This document shows, in pieces, positions 19,555 through 29,963 of a DNA stretch of 64,000 nt (the first letter of the stretch is position 1; each line of letters opens with the position of its first letter). The notes beneath the pieces were generated by a model that was given only the letters and a program-made list of their open reading frames with translations, ran no database searches and was not told where the DNA came from. Source of the stretch: an uncultured Parachlamydiaceae bacterium (GTDB lineage Bacteria > Chlamydiota > Chlamydiia > Chlamydiales > Parachlamydiaceae). Location: positions 288,001 to 352,000 of the forward strand of contig CAVULX010000003.1 in the NCBI GenBank assembly GCA_963742415.1, in the 5' to 3' direction. The position numbers and the translations under genes are program-made.

Positions 19555-22056
19555 ATGAAGCCCAATGAACATCAGCCCAAAGTTTCTCCATCGATGTCGA
19601 TAACCAAGTCCAATGATAAGGGCGGTCTGAATTCTCTTCCTATGCCAGAACTGCAGGCAAAGTTGAGGTGGTCTCCGGAAGGTCTTAGTTATGCTGAGAC
19701 TAAAAAAAGGCAGACTCAATATGGGTTTAACGAAATTCAAGAAAAGCAAGTCAATCTGATCCTAAAATTCCTCGGCTATTTTTGGGGTCCCATTCCATGG
19801 ATGATCGAAGCAGCAGTGATTCTATCTGGCTTAGTACAACACTGGGCAGATTTCTTCATCATTCTCTTATTGCTTGTTGCTAATGCTGTAGTCGGATTCT
19901 GGGAAGAATACCAGGCGGGCAATGCCATTGCAGCCCTGAAAGCCAAGCTAGCGATCAAGGCTCGGGTAAAACGTGAGGGGAAATGGATTATTGTAGCGGC
20001 CCGAGAGTTGGTGCCCGGCGACATAATCCGCATCCGTTTGGGCGACATTGTACCCGCAGATGCACGCTTGTTGCAAGGAGATTCAGTTGAAGTAGATCAG
20101 TCCGCCTTAACAGGAGAATCGTTGCCCGTCACACGCAAATCAGGAGAGGCTTTGTTTTCTGGTTCGATTATCCGTCAGGGTGAAATTGAAGCACTAGTTT
20201 ACGCTACGGGTGCGAATACCTACTTCGGCAAAACGACGGAATTGGTGGAGGAGGCACATACAATCAGCCACTTTCAACGTGCAGTGCTACAGATTGGTAA
20301 CTACCTGATCATCTTTGCAGTGATTCTGATAGCATTGATTGTTACCGTCGCAACCTACCGCGGCGACCCAATCCTCACTACACTACTTTTTGCCTTAGTG
20401 TTGACTGTAGCTGCAATTCCCGTGGCATTGCCTACAGTATTGTCGGTAACGATGGCAGTCGGCGCGCGCCAACTTGCCAGGAGAGAGGCCATCGTCAGCC
20501 GATTGGTAGCTATCGAGGAATTAGCGGGAGTTGACATCCTGTGCGCAGACAAGACTGGCACTATGACCCAAAATAAGCTGACATTAGGTGATCCATTCAG
20601 TGTAAACAATGTTTCTACTGAGCAGCTCATCCTCAATGCTGCGCTAGCATCGCGAGCGGAAAATAACGATACCATTGATTTAGCCATTCTTAATGGACTT
20701 AAAAACAAAGAGGCATTGCAGGGTTATGAGATCATCCATTTCCAGCCATTCGATCCCGTACATAAACGCATGGAGGCGTCAGTCAAAGCAGCAGATGGGA
20801 AGGCGTTTAAGGTTACAAAGGGCGCGCCACAGGTGATTTTGGAATTGTCGACCAATGTTGGACTGGTGAAGGCCGCCGTCGAACAGGCTGTCAACGAATT
20901 TGCGATGCGTGGTTTTCGTTCATTGGGAGTGGCGCGTGCCGAAGAAGATGGTGAATGGCAGTTTCTCGGCGTGTTGCCCCTATTCGATCCACCACGCGAA
21001 GATGCCAAGGCAACTATCGCAATCGCGAATCAGATGGGTGTGAAGGTTAAGATGGTGACGGGTGATCAACTGGCTATTGCCCAAGAAACAGCTAAAAAAT
21101 TGCGGTTGGGAACAGCCATTTTTGATGCCGGCGGCTTGGGTGATGCAAGGCATGAAGAGACGGCATCTATGATTGAGGCCATTGAGAAAGCGGATGGTTT
21201 CGCCCAGGTGTTTCCGGAACATAAATTTCATATAGTAGATGTCTTGCAAAAATGCGGTCACATCGTAGGTATGACAGGCGATGGAGTAAATGATGCCCCT
21301 GCGCTAAAGAAAGCTGACTGTGGCATCGCCGTATCTGACGCAACGGATGCTGCGCGAGCAGCTGCAGCCATCGTGCTGCTGACACCCGGTCTATCTGTGA
21401 TTATTGATGCTATCAAAGAAAGTCGAAAAATTTTCCAAAGGATGAACAGCTACGCGATCTACCGAATTGCCGAAACAGTCCGCGTGCTCGTATTCATGAC
21501 ATTGGCAATCCTGATTTTTAATTTTTATCCTTTGACAGCTGTGATGATCGTGATGCTGGCATTGCTTAATGACGGCGCTATCCTATCAATTGCCTATGAT
21601 AATGTTCATTACAAGAATGAGCCTGAGGCTTGGAACATGCATACAGTACTAGGGATTGCCACAGTGCTTGGCCTTATCGGCCCCCTGGCTTCGTTTGGTC
21701 TTTTTTACCTTGGTGAACTTGTCTTTCATCACGACCGTGCGCTTATCCAGACGATGATGTATTTGATGCTTTCTGTAGCAGGACATCTCACGATTTTTAT
21801 GACACGCACAAGGGGGCCATTCTGGTCCATACGCCCCGCGCGGATTTTGTGGATGGCTGTGCTCGGTACGCAAATCATAGCAACTCTGATTGCGGTTTAT
21901 GGTTTGTTTATGAAACCTCTTGGCTGGAGTTGGGCAGCATTCGTTTGGGGATATGCTCTTGCGTGGTTTCTTATAAGTGATCGTATAAAACTGCTTGCGT
22001 ATCAGATTTTGGATCACGCCAAGCCTAAGGCTAAGAGTGTGTTTAAAAAGTTTTGA
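19555..22056 (+). CDS. plasma-membrane-type proton-efflux P-type ATPase (type IIIA)
   Basis: FWGPIPWMIE, DQSALTGES, IPVALP, CADKTGT, FDPVHKR, KGAPQ, TGDGVNDAPALKKAD, LLNDGAI; ATG at 19555 follows GAAGAGG. Confidence 0.93.
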   Translation: MKPNEHQPKVSPSMSITKSNDKGGLNSLPMPELQAKLRWSPEGLSYAETKKRQTQYGFNEIQEKQVNLILKFLGYFWGPIPWMIEAAVILSGLVQHWADFFIILLLLVANAVVGFWEEYQAGNAIAALKAKLAIKARVKREGKWIIVAARELVPGDIIRIRLGDIVPADARLLQGDSVEVDQSALTGESLPVTRKSGEALFSGSIIRQGEIEALVYATGANTYFGKTTELVEEAHTISHFQRAVLQIGNYLIIFAVILIALIVTVATYRGDPILTTLLFALVLTVAAIPVALPTVLSVTMAVGARQLARREAIVSRLVAIEELAGVDILCADKTGTMTQNKLTLGDPFSVNNVSTEQLILNAALASRAENNDTIDLAILNGLKNKEALQGYEIIHFQPFDPVHKRMEASVKAADGKAFKVTKGAPQVILELSTNVGLVKAAVEQAVNEFAMRGFRSLGVARAEEDGEWQFLGVLPLFDPPREDAKATIAIANQMGVKVKMVTGDQLAIAQETAKKLRLGTAIFDAGGLGDARHEETASMIEAIEKADGFAQVFPEHKFHIVDVLQKCGHIVGMTGDGVNDAPALKKADCGIAVSDATDAARAAAAIVLLTPGLSVIIDAIKESRKIFQRMNSYAIYRIAETVRVLVFMTLAILIFNFYPLTAVMIVMLALLNDGAILSIAYDNVHYKNEPEAWNMHTVLGIATVLGLIGPLASFGLFYLGELVFHHDRALIQTMMYLMLSVAGHLTIFMTRTRGPFWSIRPARILWMAVLGTQIIATLIAVYGLFMKPLGWSWAAFVWGYALAWFLISDRIKLLAYQILDHAKPKAKSVFKKF

Positions 22057-22161
22057 TGTATCTTCCGATTTGATGCCGTAGATTGCTATAAACCTATGTG
22101 AGAAAAATTGATGAATCAAATATTTAGCATTCTGCGCCGGATCATCAATACAAATTTGAAA

Positions 22162-23466
22162 TTAGACCAGTAATTTCGTTAGTGGACTTAAAAGAAAATA
22201 AATCGCAAGACCAACAAAATAGGCTATAAGCGCTGGTATTGTCATCTTTTTCATGTACCAGATAAAATCAACCTTTTCTATAGCCATCAAGGCAACGCCT
22301 GCGGCAGACCCAATAATCAGAATGCTTCCTCCCGTGCCTGCGCAATAAGCCACCACCTGCCAAAAAATGGAATCCGTCTTAAATGCCTTAAGGTCATACA
22401 TGCCAATGGTTGCTGCAACTAAGGAAACATTATCTACAACTGATGAAACAAGACCGATCAAAAGGGGAATAAATTCGGGAGTCTTAATATGCAAGTTAAG
22501 CCAAAGAGACATGTTTTTCAAAAGACCAGCGCTCTCTAAGGAGTTTATAGATAAAAGCACACCAAGATAAAATAGAATAACAGAAATGTCGACCTTTGGT
22601 AAAATTGCAGTGACCCGCAAATGCTCCCGCTCACGATATTTGTAATGAAGCAAGTCTGTAATAACCCACATAAATCCCAATCCGAACATCATTCCCATAA
22701 AAGCGGGCAAATCTGTCAGCACTTTGAAAAAAGGGACAAAAACCAAAGAACAGATACCTAAAATCAGCACCAATGTTCCCCAGGGCTCTATTTCTTCTTC
22801 TTTTAGTCCTTCAACTACATCGAATTCGCCTTTGAATTTGAAACTGAACCAAAACAAACAGGCAAATAATCCTAAAATACTTGGAAGGAACAAATCTCGT
22901 ATCACAGCCAATGCCGTGATTTGACCATAAATCCAAAGAAGTGTTGTTGCAACATCACCGATCGGCGTCCAGGCACCCCCACTATTGGCTGCTATAACAA
23001 CCATCCCTCCAAGCATCAATCGTTCTTCGCGATCTTTAATAAGCTTGGCAATGAGTGAGACCATTACGACTGTTGTCGTTAAGTTGTCCAGGACAGATGA
23101 TAAAAAAAATGTCAACACTCCTGTAGTCCAAAGCATCTTTCGCTTCGAACGTATTCTTAAACTTTTAGTAATGATATTAAAGCCTTTATGTGTATTTATA
23201 ATTTCTACAATCGTCAAAGCGCCCATCAAAAAAAACAGAACTTGGCTAACTTTGAACATTTGAAAGGAAAAAATATATAGATGCCTTTCCACGGACTCGG
23301 CAGGTTCCAAAAATAAAACCGTCCAACATCCAATCCCCATCAATAATCCAGTGGCAGCCTTATTGAGCTTGATGACTTGTTCGATGATTATCGCTGTATA
23401 TCCAACCAGAAATATACTCAGAACAAGGTATGCATGATGGGAAATTTCCTCCAAATTTATATCCAT
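22162..23466 (-). CDS. nhaD: NhaD-family Na+/H+ antiporter
   Basis: FLMGALTIVE, SSVLDNLTTT, AANSGGAWTPIGD, SSVVDN, CAGTGGSILIIGSAAGVA. Confidence 0.88.
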   Translation of the reverse strand: MDINLEEISHHAYLVLSIFLVGYTAIIIEQVIKLNKAATGLLMGIGCWTVLFLEPAESVERHLYIFSFQMFKVSQVLFFLMGALTIVEIINTHKGFNIITKSLRIRSKRKMLWTTGVLTFFLSSVLDNLTTTVVMVSLIAKLIKDREERLMLGGMVVIAANSGGAWTPIGDVATTLLWIYGQITALAVIRDLFLPSILGLFACLFWFSFKFKGEFDVVEGLKEEEIEPWGTLVLILGICSLVFVPFFKVLTDLPAFMGMMFGLGFMWVITDLLHYKYREREHLRVTAILPKVDISVILFYLGVLLSINSLESAGLLKNMSLWLNLHIKTPEFIPLLIGLVSSVVDNVSLVAATIGMYDLKAFKTDSIFWQVVAYCAGTGGSILIIGSAAGVALMAIEKVDFIWYMKKMTIPALIAYFVGLAIYFLLSPLTKLLV

Positions 23467-23684
23467 TTTTCATCCCTCTAATTGTTTTGGCGCAAGACTT
23501 CACATTGAAAGAAGATCAACAGCGCCTGATCGAGAAAGTCAGGAAATCACAAAAAATTGCCCTGGTGGCGTTATTGAAAAACTATCATTTTTATTCTTTT
23601 AGGATGATAAAAATTACTACTTCTAGTATTGAGTAAAAGAAAATTAAACTTATCCCCAACCGGATAAATAAAAGGGAGGAACCT

Positions 23685-23927
23685 ATGCTGAACCCTCAAA
23701 AGTTAGGAGTTGCTGGAGGCATACTGTGGTCCATATGCATGTTTGTCTGTACAATCCTTGCATTATATACTGGATATTCCACACAGTTTCTAAATTTGAT
23801 GGCTAGTATTTATCCTGGATATTCAATTTCTTGGCTAGGATCTATCATTGGTATGGCTTACGGTTTTGTAGATGCCTTTATTGGTTTATTCCTACTGGCT
23901 TGGCTCTATAACAAGTTAAATATTTGA
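23685..23927 (+). CDS. small membrane protein (family often labelled holin-like)
   Basis: 80 aa, SIYPGY...GSIIG...GFVDAFIG...AWLYN; strong RBS GGGAGG. Confidence 0.7.
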   Translation: MLNPQKLGVAGGILWSICMFVCTILALYTGYSTQFLNLMASIYPGYSISWLGSIIGMAYGFVDAFIGLFLLAWLYNKLNI

Positions 23928-24004
23928 TCGTACAGTTTCTTAAACAAAGAAACATCCCGCCGCCAAAAAAATAGGGAAGGATTCCCTTAAAGGTTTTACA
24001 TTCT

Positions 24005-24081
24005 CCCTGGTCGAGCGAAGCGAAAGACTGGATGTAAATCCAAAAAAAAAGGAATCCTGTAAGGACGACATAAATTCTATT
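24005..24081 (+). repeat. degenerate single-arm copy of the 56848-57051 element
   Basis: CCCTGGTCGAGCGAAGCGAAAGACTGG...ATCCTGTAAGGACGACATAAATTCTAT aligns with 56979-57055. Confidence 0.75.
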
Positions 24082-24112
24082 TTTAGAGGCCAAGGAGTCA
24101 ATCTAGCATCTA

Positions 24113-25027
24113 TTAACTAGACACTCCCATAAAAATTCCAAACGAACACAAAGCGTTAGTCTTTAGGTTGAAATCTTCTTTGTATAACCTACTTGCCCAA
24201 ACATTACACAAAATCATTGATGCAACCGCAAAACAGGGGAATAAAATTTCCTTTTCAATCGGAAGAGCATACTTTGTAGCTAGAAGAAGTAGGCAGGTTG
24301 ATGAAAAATTAGCAATCCCACCAAAACAACCATATATAACTTCACTTTTCTGAAATCTTTTATTTTCTCGTAAAAATATTACCGTTTGCATGATAAAAGA
24401 TGCTCCAAATTGTCCAGGCATAAACCAGGCATCATCGGCTTCTGTAAGAGTAAAGTCTGAAAATACTCCTACTGCATCGCCACAATCGAATAAAACACAA
24501 CGAGCTTGAATGAAAGTAAGAGCAAGAATTTGAATGATGAAACAAGCCAAGGCGTACTTTAGCCATTTAGACGAGGCTTTGGGATACCCAGCCGATTCTT
24601 TTTTAGCTCCTAAAAAAAGACCAAAAAGAACAATTATCATTCCTGTCAGTTGGAGAAAAGAGCATGAAAAGCCAAAATCTGAGCCCAAAAATAAGAACAG
24701 AATCAAACCTGGGAAAATTGCGCTTGCGTTTTGAAAAGCAAAGGTCAGACCTGCAGGTCCTAGTTTTAATGCTTGAGCTGTCAAAAACATCAATATTGAA
24801 TTTAATAAACCGACACAAGCGCCTATACTTAATATTATAAGATTTATATTAACTTTCCAAATATCCGCATAAAAAAAGAAGGATAAGATAAATGAAAAAA
24901 AATAGAACAAAACTAGATAGCCGCTTGGATTATAACTCGTTTTTGCATTATCGGCATTCTTACGAAAAAATAAGCTGGAGACGGATGCGCAGCCCGCCGC
25001 CAACAAGGAAAATGCCAACGAACTCAT
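24113..25027 (-). CDS. DMT/EamA-like transporter
   Basis: About 10 hydrophobic segments in two repeats; ALKLGPAGLT. Confidence 0.7.
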   Translation of the reverse strand: MSSLAFSLLAAGCASVSSLFFRKNADNAKTSYNPSGYLVLFYFFSFILSFFFYADIWKVNINLIILSIGACVGLLNSILMFLTAQALKLGPAGLTFAFQNASAIFPGLILFLFLGSDFGFSCSFLQLTGMIIVLFGLFLGAKKESAGYPKASSKWLKYALACFIIQILALTFIQARCVLFDCGDAVGVFSDFTLTEADDAWFMPGQFGASFIMQTVIFLRENKRFQKSEVIYGCFGGIANFSSTCLLLLATKYALPIEKEILFPCFAVASMILCNVWASRLYKEDFNLKTNALCSFGIFMGVSS

Positions 25028-25179
25028 ATAACTCACCTTCAACATTAAAATTTACGTTATCAAACTAGCTTTTTCAGCAGTTCAAAAGAGGCATTGTAAC
25101 ACATCTAAAGATATGTTATAAAAAATAAGAAAATGAGAGGTAAAATAGGACTTTTTAGCCTCGTGGAGATAGTGAGTTT

Positions 25180-26301
25180 ATGCCATTAGAATTTATTGGG
25201 TCATCAAAGCCATCGATAGGTGTGGAAATTGAGTTGCAAATCTTAGACCCTGAAACATTAGACCTTACTCCAAAAGCAGAGTTGCTTTTAGATAAATGTT
25301 TATCTTTCGGCCTTGAAAGGGTTAAAGCTGAAATACACCAATCAATGGTAGAAGTTGACTCTGAAATTTCCGATGACGTCAAGCAGTGCCGAAAATTCCT
25401 AAGTTCTAGAATCAAAAAATTGAACTTGATGGCTAACCAACTGGGCTTACAGCTTGCTGTTTTAGGAACACATCCGTTTCAACGCTGGAGTGATCGATTA
25501 ATCTCTAACGACGATCGATATCAGAATTTGCATCAAAAATATCAATGGCTCGTTAGAAGAATGAACGTATATGGTTTACATGTCCATATAGGGATAAAAA
25601 GCGGCGAGCAGGCTTTAAGAATTTCTACCGCTTTGGTTCGATATTTGCCTCATTTATTGGCCCTTTCAGCTAATTCTCCATTTTGGCAAGGATTAGACAC
25701 TGGCATGCAATCGAGTAGAGTTAACATTATGGAATCTTTTCCACTTGCTGGAATTCCGCATCAATTTAATCATTGGAGTGAATTTGAGCATTATTGTGAC
25801 ACATTAGGGCATGCAGGAGCTATTCGTTCAATAAAAGACTTGTATTGGTTCATCCGCCCTAATTTAAAATTCGGAACAATTGAATTTCGTATCTGTGACG
25901 CTTTATCCTCGTTGGATGAAACAATGGCATTAGTAGCTTTGATTCAAAGTTTAGTTGTTTTCGTTAGCAAAAATATAGAAACTAATCATCATGAATGGGT
26001 ATGGAGCAAAGAGCAGCAATGGATCGCACCTGAAAACCAATGGAATGCAGCTCGTGACGGATTGGACGGAACAATTACTACAGATTCTGGAGGACAAAGA
26101 CAAAAAATTTCCGAATCTATCCTACAACTAATAGAGAAGCTTTCCCCAACAGCAATAAGTTTAAATTGTATTGAGGAATTGCACTATATAAACCAGATCA
26201 TCATCAATGGAAATGGCGCTCAAAGACAACGCAATGTATTTAAAGAAACCAAATCATTGCGAGATGTTGTAAATGGGTCAATATTAAGTATTGAATATTA
26301 G
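25180..26301 (+). CDS. YbdK-family carboxylate-amine ligase (glutamate-cysteine ligase 2)
   Basis: IGVEIELQ, GTHPF, GLHVHIG, LALSANSPFW, GTIEFRICD. Confidence 0.9.
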   Translation: MPLEFIGSSKPSIGVEIELQILDPETLDLTPKAELLLDKCLSFGLERVKAEIHQSMVEVDSEISDDVKQCRKFLSSRIKKLNLMANQLGLQLAVLGTHPFQRWSDRLISNDDRYQNLHQKYQWLVRRMNVYGLHVHIGIKSGEQALRISTALVRYLPHLLALSANSPFWQGLDTGMQSSRVNIMESFPLAGIPHQFNHWSEFEHYCDTLGHAGAIRSIKDLYWFIRPNLKFGTIEFRICDALSSLDETMALVALIQSLVVFVSKNIETNHHEWVWSKEQQWIAPENQWNAARDGLDGTITTDSGGQRQKISESILQLIEKLSPTAISLNCIEELHYINQIIINGNGAQRQRNVFKETKSLRDVVNGSILSIEY

Positions 26302-26459
26302 ACGGAAATGTTTTGTTCAGCTTCAATGTTACTTTGGATGTTTTTAGCGAACGTTCGGTGCTATGCTTGCAGTCTATATTTTATCGACGCAATTGAAAAC
26401 CTAATTCCACCCTAATTGCCCGTAAACATTTGTCAACATGCCTTTAAAACACCTTTACT

Positions 26460-26789
26460 CCTTTTTTGGGACTCAGTTTTTTATCAGAGTATATCGCTAA
26501 AATCACAAACTGGCCTGCAAGCCCCTTTGAACAACAGCTTGCAAATGTCAACCTGGCTTTCGGCTTGTTAGGTATCATGTCTATTTTTTATAGGGAATAT
26601 TTCTGGCTGGCTACCATTCTCGGCTTTTCCATCTGGATTTTAGGAGATGGGTTCCATCATCTGTTTCACTCGGTGGTAAAAAAAAATCTGAGCCAAGGAA
26701 ATATTGGAGTGCCCCTCTGGACAGATTTCATCGTCCCTATCGTCTTGCTAGTTTTATTGTATCTATACTAACATTCAGCAAGGAATTGA
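26460..26789 (+). pseudogene. 5'-truncated duplicate of the DUF6790-like gene (direct repeat copy 2)
   Basis: Lacks the first ~50 codons; CAC>TAA stop six codons early; about 95% identical to copy 1 over 300 nt. Confidence 0.85.
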
Positions 26790-26925
26790 GAGTTCAAGTT
26801 TCGAACTAACAATCAAAGATTTCATGTAGATTGAAATATACCAGATTGAGCAAACGGCAATTGTGCTGATTAACGGCTGAAACTGTTGCTCTTGGAGCTA
26901 TAGCTCGCTTTGGCCAGAAAAAGGC

Positions 26926-26952
26926 GCGGCTTTTCTGTTGAAGAAAAGCCGC
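26926..26952. terminator. hairpin, probable intrinsic terminator
   Basis: GCGGCTTTTCT-gttga-AGAAAAGCCGC just downstream of the YVTN gene. Confidence 0.6.
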
Positions 26953-26972
26953 ACCCGGCAAAAATTTTCTAA

Positions 26973-28064
26973 TTAGGGTTGAACTGGTTGGCGCTGCACA
27001 ATAGCCAATTCGATTGGAAGAGTGACATCCTCCATGCCAACGCTGAAAATCCTTGTCACCACATTCATATGTGTATCGATTACAGCAATGGTAGCATCAT
27101 CCAAGTTCACGCTATAAAGAGTCTTTTCGTCTGGACTAAGTGTAGAAATGAACGGAGACCCAGCCACAGGGATAGTAGCTACAACAGTGTTTGTATCGGT
27201 GTCGATCTTCGAAACGGTATTGCCTATATAATTTGAACTCCATACATACTTACCATCTCTGGTTCTGTTGAGCTTGTACGGGCCAGCTTCAGTTGGAATT
27301 GAAATAGAGTCACCCGTATCGGCATCTACAGCAAGCACCCGAGATGTCGCTGCTCCGGAAACATATAGGGTTTGGCCATCTGGCGTTGGCGCAACACTGA
27401 CCGGTTTGGTGCCATTACCAACTGGGATACGTTTTAAGATATTGCCCGAAAATGTTTCTAGCACCGCGAGATCGCCGCCTAGCGAGGGATCGTTAACGTA
27501 GTAATCGACCACATAAGTGAGATCACCCGAAAACTGAATGTCTAACGGGAATGAAAAGGGCTTGACGAGGGAAATCAACTTTAACAGCACTTCAGTTTGT
27601 GTGTCGAATATCGCTATAGCACCGGGCGAGGAGATGTCGTTGGGGCCGCTAAGGTTCTTAGTACCTAAAGAGACCCACAAAAGGCGGTGATCGTGTGAAA
27701 GAGTAGTGCCTACTGGCGAGCTTCCTGGGTCATTGAAAATATCGTGCGCAAGGTTCGTTTCGGTGTCAATCACCGTAATCGTGCCGGCATTTTGATTGGC
27801 CACAAACATTTTGTGTTGGATAGGTACATACGCAATGCCAGCTGGCCCTGCTCCAGTGGGAATGGATTGAAGGACAATGCCTGCATTTAAATCAATGACT
27901 AAGACCCTACCTCCTCCAAAATCAGTCAGATAGCCAACGCAGCAACTGTCATTACAGACACCGCACTGGTCGCCCATCACAAACGAAGCCGTCAAAACAA
28001 GGATCGAGGTTAAAGCTGCAACCCATTTATGTACATGGCTGAAAATAAACTTATTAATGTTCAT
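26973..28064 (-). CDS. secreted YVTN/YncE beta-propeller protein
   Basis: Repeats FVAN..AGTITVIDT and TVSKIDTDTNTVVATIPV; signal peptide followed by a Cys cluster. Confidence 0.85.
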   Translation of the reverse strand: MNINKFIFSHVHKWVAALTSILVLTASFVMGDQCGVCNDSCCVGYLTDFGGGRVLVIDLNAGIVLQSIPTGAGPAGIAYVPIQHKMFVANQNAGTITVIDTETNLAHDIFNDPGSSPVGTTLSHDHRLLWVSLGTKNLSGPNDISSPGAIAIFDTQTEVLLKLISLVKPFSFPLDIQFSGDLTYVVDYYVNDPSLGGDLAVLETFSGNILKRIPVGNGTKPVSVAPTPDGQTLYVSGAATSRVLAVDADTGDSISIPTEAGPYKLNRTRDGKYVWSSNYIGNTVSKIDTDTNTVVATIPVAGSPFISTLSPDEKTLYSVNLDDATIAVIDTHMNVVTRIFSVGMEDVTLPIELAIVQRQPVQP

Positions 28065-28357
28065 GGTTCCCCCTTAGTTAATTTCTATTCTTTGCCTTCA
28101 CAAATACGTGCACGCATTTTCATGAAATGCGGATTCTAACTATTTACTAATCGGACGTTTTTGATGTTTTAACCATACTCTCTGTCAGATGTCGCAATAA
28201 TAAAAGAGAGTACTTCAGGTCTAAATACCATAATAAATTTTTTATTTCAAAGATTTTTTATGAATTTAATGCGGGTGCTTACCTTATAGTCCTTAACTTT
28301 TGGTCTATTTGTCTTTTGGATTTCTTTACGCAGGTATGAATCGAATCTATCAAATAG

Positions 28358-28405
28358 TTGACAAATTCTTATACCTTTTAGTATAATGTAAGGTATACTA
28401 AAAGG
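28358..28405 (+). promoter_or_regulatory. sigma66/sigma70 promoter with overlapping operators for the TA operon
   Basis: TTGACA-18 nt-TATAAT; perfect 12-bp IR CCTTTTAGTATA/TATACTAAAAGG plus nested TATACCTT/AAGGTATA. Confidence 0.8.
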
Positions 28406-28416
28406 AGACGCAGAAG

Positions 28417-28659
28417 ATGACTACAGCAAAAATAAGTCCGAAAACTGTTCGTATACTTGAACGACTTCAACGCCGTTATCACAAGCCAAAAACAGTATTA
28501 ATCGATTTGGCGTTGAAAAAATATGAAGATCAAATTTTACTCGAAGAGATTAATGAAGGCTATGCCCGTTTAAAGGCAGATAAAAAAACATGGAAAGAGG
28601 AGCTAAAAGAACGTCAAGAGCTCGAAGGAACAGTTGGAGACGGATTAGAGGATGAATAA
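28417..28659 (+). CDS. antitoxin, ribbon-helix-helix-like
   Basis: 80 aa with an acidic C-terminus (EGTVGDGLEDE); overlaps the toxin start. Confidence 0.8.
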   Translation: MTTAKISPKTVRILERLQRRYHKPKTVLIDLALKKYEDQILLEEINEGYARLKADKKTWKEELKERQELEGTVGDGLEDE

Positions 28660-29011
28660 TAAATTTCACCGTGGAGAGGTTTGGTTTTTTGATCCAGATC
28701 CTACTCTAGGAAGAGAACAGAAGAAACCGCGACCGTGTTTAATTCTTTCAGTAGATATATTTAATAATGGGCCTGCCGATCTTCTAATAATACTTCCATT
28801 GACTACCAAGAAAAAATCAATTCCTTCTCACATTGAAGTCAAGCTATCAGGACAGAAGAGTGTAAGCTATATCATGTGCGATCAAATCCGTTGTATTTCA
28901 AAGGAGCGCTTACTAATAAAGAATCGTCGAGCAGAGAAAATCGCGGTTGTTGATGAAACAACAATGGAAGATATTGAGCGTTGCCTGAAAACACTTTTAG
29001 GATTTAACTAG
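28652..29011 (+). CDS. PemK/MazF-family toxin endoribonuclease
   Basis: RGEVW..DP..GREQKKPRPCLILS...N, LPLTT, CDQIRCISKERL. Confidence 0.92.
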   Translation: MNNKFHRGEVWFFDPDPTLGREQKKPRPCLILSVDIFNNGPADLLIILPLTTKKKSIPSHIEVKLSGQKSVSYIMCDQIRCISKERLLIKNRRAEKIAVVDETTMEDIERCLKTLLGFN

Positions 29012-29162
29012 CTTTAAAAATTGAAGTGAACAGGTTAAGTACTTTGGAGTCGACTTGAACAGTGTCTGTCAGACTGAAATAAACATCTTCCACAGTTTAA
29101 ACAACAAATAAAATATTATTTAAAAACATAAACAACCAAGAATAAGCCTAAAGGAAACTTTT

Positions 29163-29735
29163 ATGACTAGTCCAGCTCGAATGCAGATTGGCACAAATTT
29201 CACACAACAATCTTCTTCTGATTTTTTTGAAAACCTTGTTTCTAATCAAAAACCTTTGGTTAACTCAAAGTTCTACCAGTTCATAACTTCATATGAACTT
29301 TCAATCAGCAAAAGGTATCAAAATTTGCAAAACAAGATTGACTGGATTAAATACATCGAACAGTTGGATTTTTATGACGATCAATGCAAAGATGAGATAA
29401 ACATTGTTTCACTGAAAATTATTCAATATTCCCCACATTTGATTCCTACATTGATAAAAACAAATTTTGTATTCAAATTGATACATTTGTATGCTGCAGG
29501 CGTTTTTTCTCCTCAACATAATAACGTGATAGCAGATTCATTAAGAAAACAACAAATTTCAAATGATGATATTCAGAGAGCTATAAGAGAAAGTCAAGAT
29601 GCTGACATAGCTCTTTATGAGGAAATAAGAGCAAATCCGCCCAACTCCAATAAACAATGCAAAAACTCTATTCCAAAGCCGACCTGCCGTCCAAAGCCCG
29701 TACCTACCCCATTTGAAGATGGTGGTTTCTGGTAG
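29163..29735 (+). CDS. hypothetical protein
   Basis: 190-aa AT-rich ORF with RBS AAGGA and a Pro-rich tail. Confidence 0.65.
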   Translation: MTSPARMQIGTNFTQQSSSDFFENLVSNQKPLVNSKFYQFITSYELSISKRYQNLQNKIDWIKYIEQLDFYDDQCKDEINIVSLKIIQYSPHLIPTLIKTNFVFKLIHLYAAGVFSPQHNNVIADSLRKQQISNDDIQRAIRESQDADIALYEEIRANPPNSNKQCKNSIPKPTCRPKPVPTPFEDGGFW

Positions 29736-29963
29736 TTTAGCAGTTAAACTTTAGAAGGATGAAAGCAAAAAAACATCCCTAAATTGACAATCGCTTTTTT
29801 CTTCATCGATTTTTTCATAATCAAACATGATCAGCAAATCGACAAAGTCATTTTGTTGCATATCTTTCGAATCTCGTAACCCATTGATTACTAATAGTTT
29901 TTTTGATACACTAGCTTTTCAATCCTATGTATTTATCCATCAATGTGGAATAAAAGAGGTCCA

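Noticed and set aside
23685-23927. Holin-like gene as a sign of a prophage
   Set aside because: No phage structural, lysin or integrase genes are in the window, and the family is commonly found outside phages
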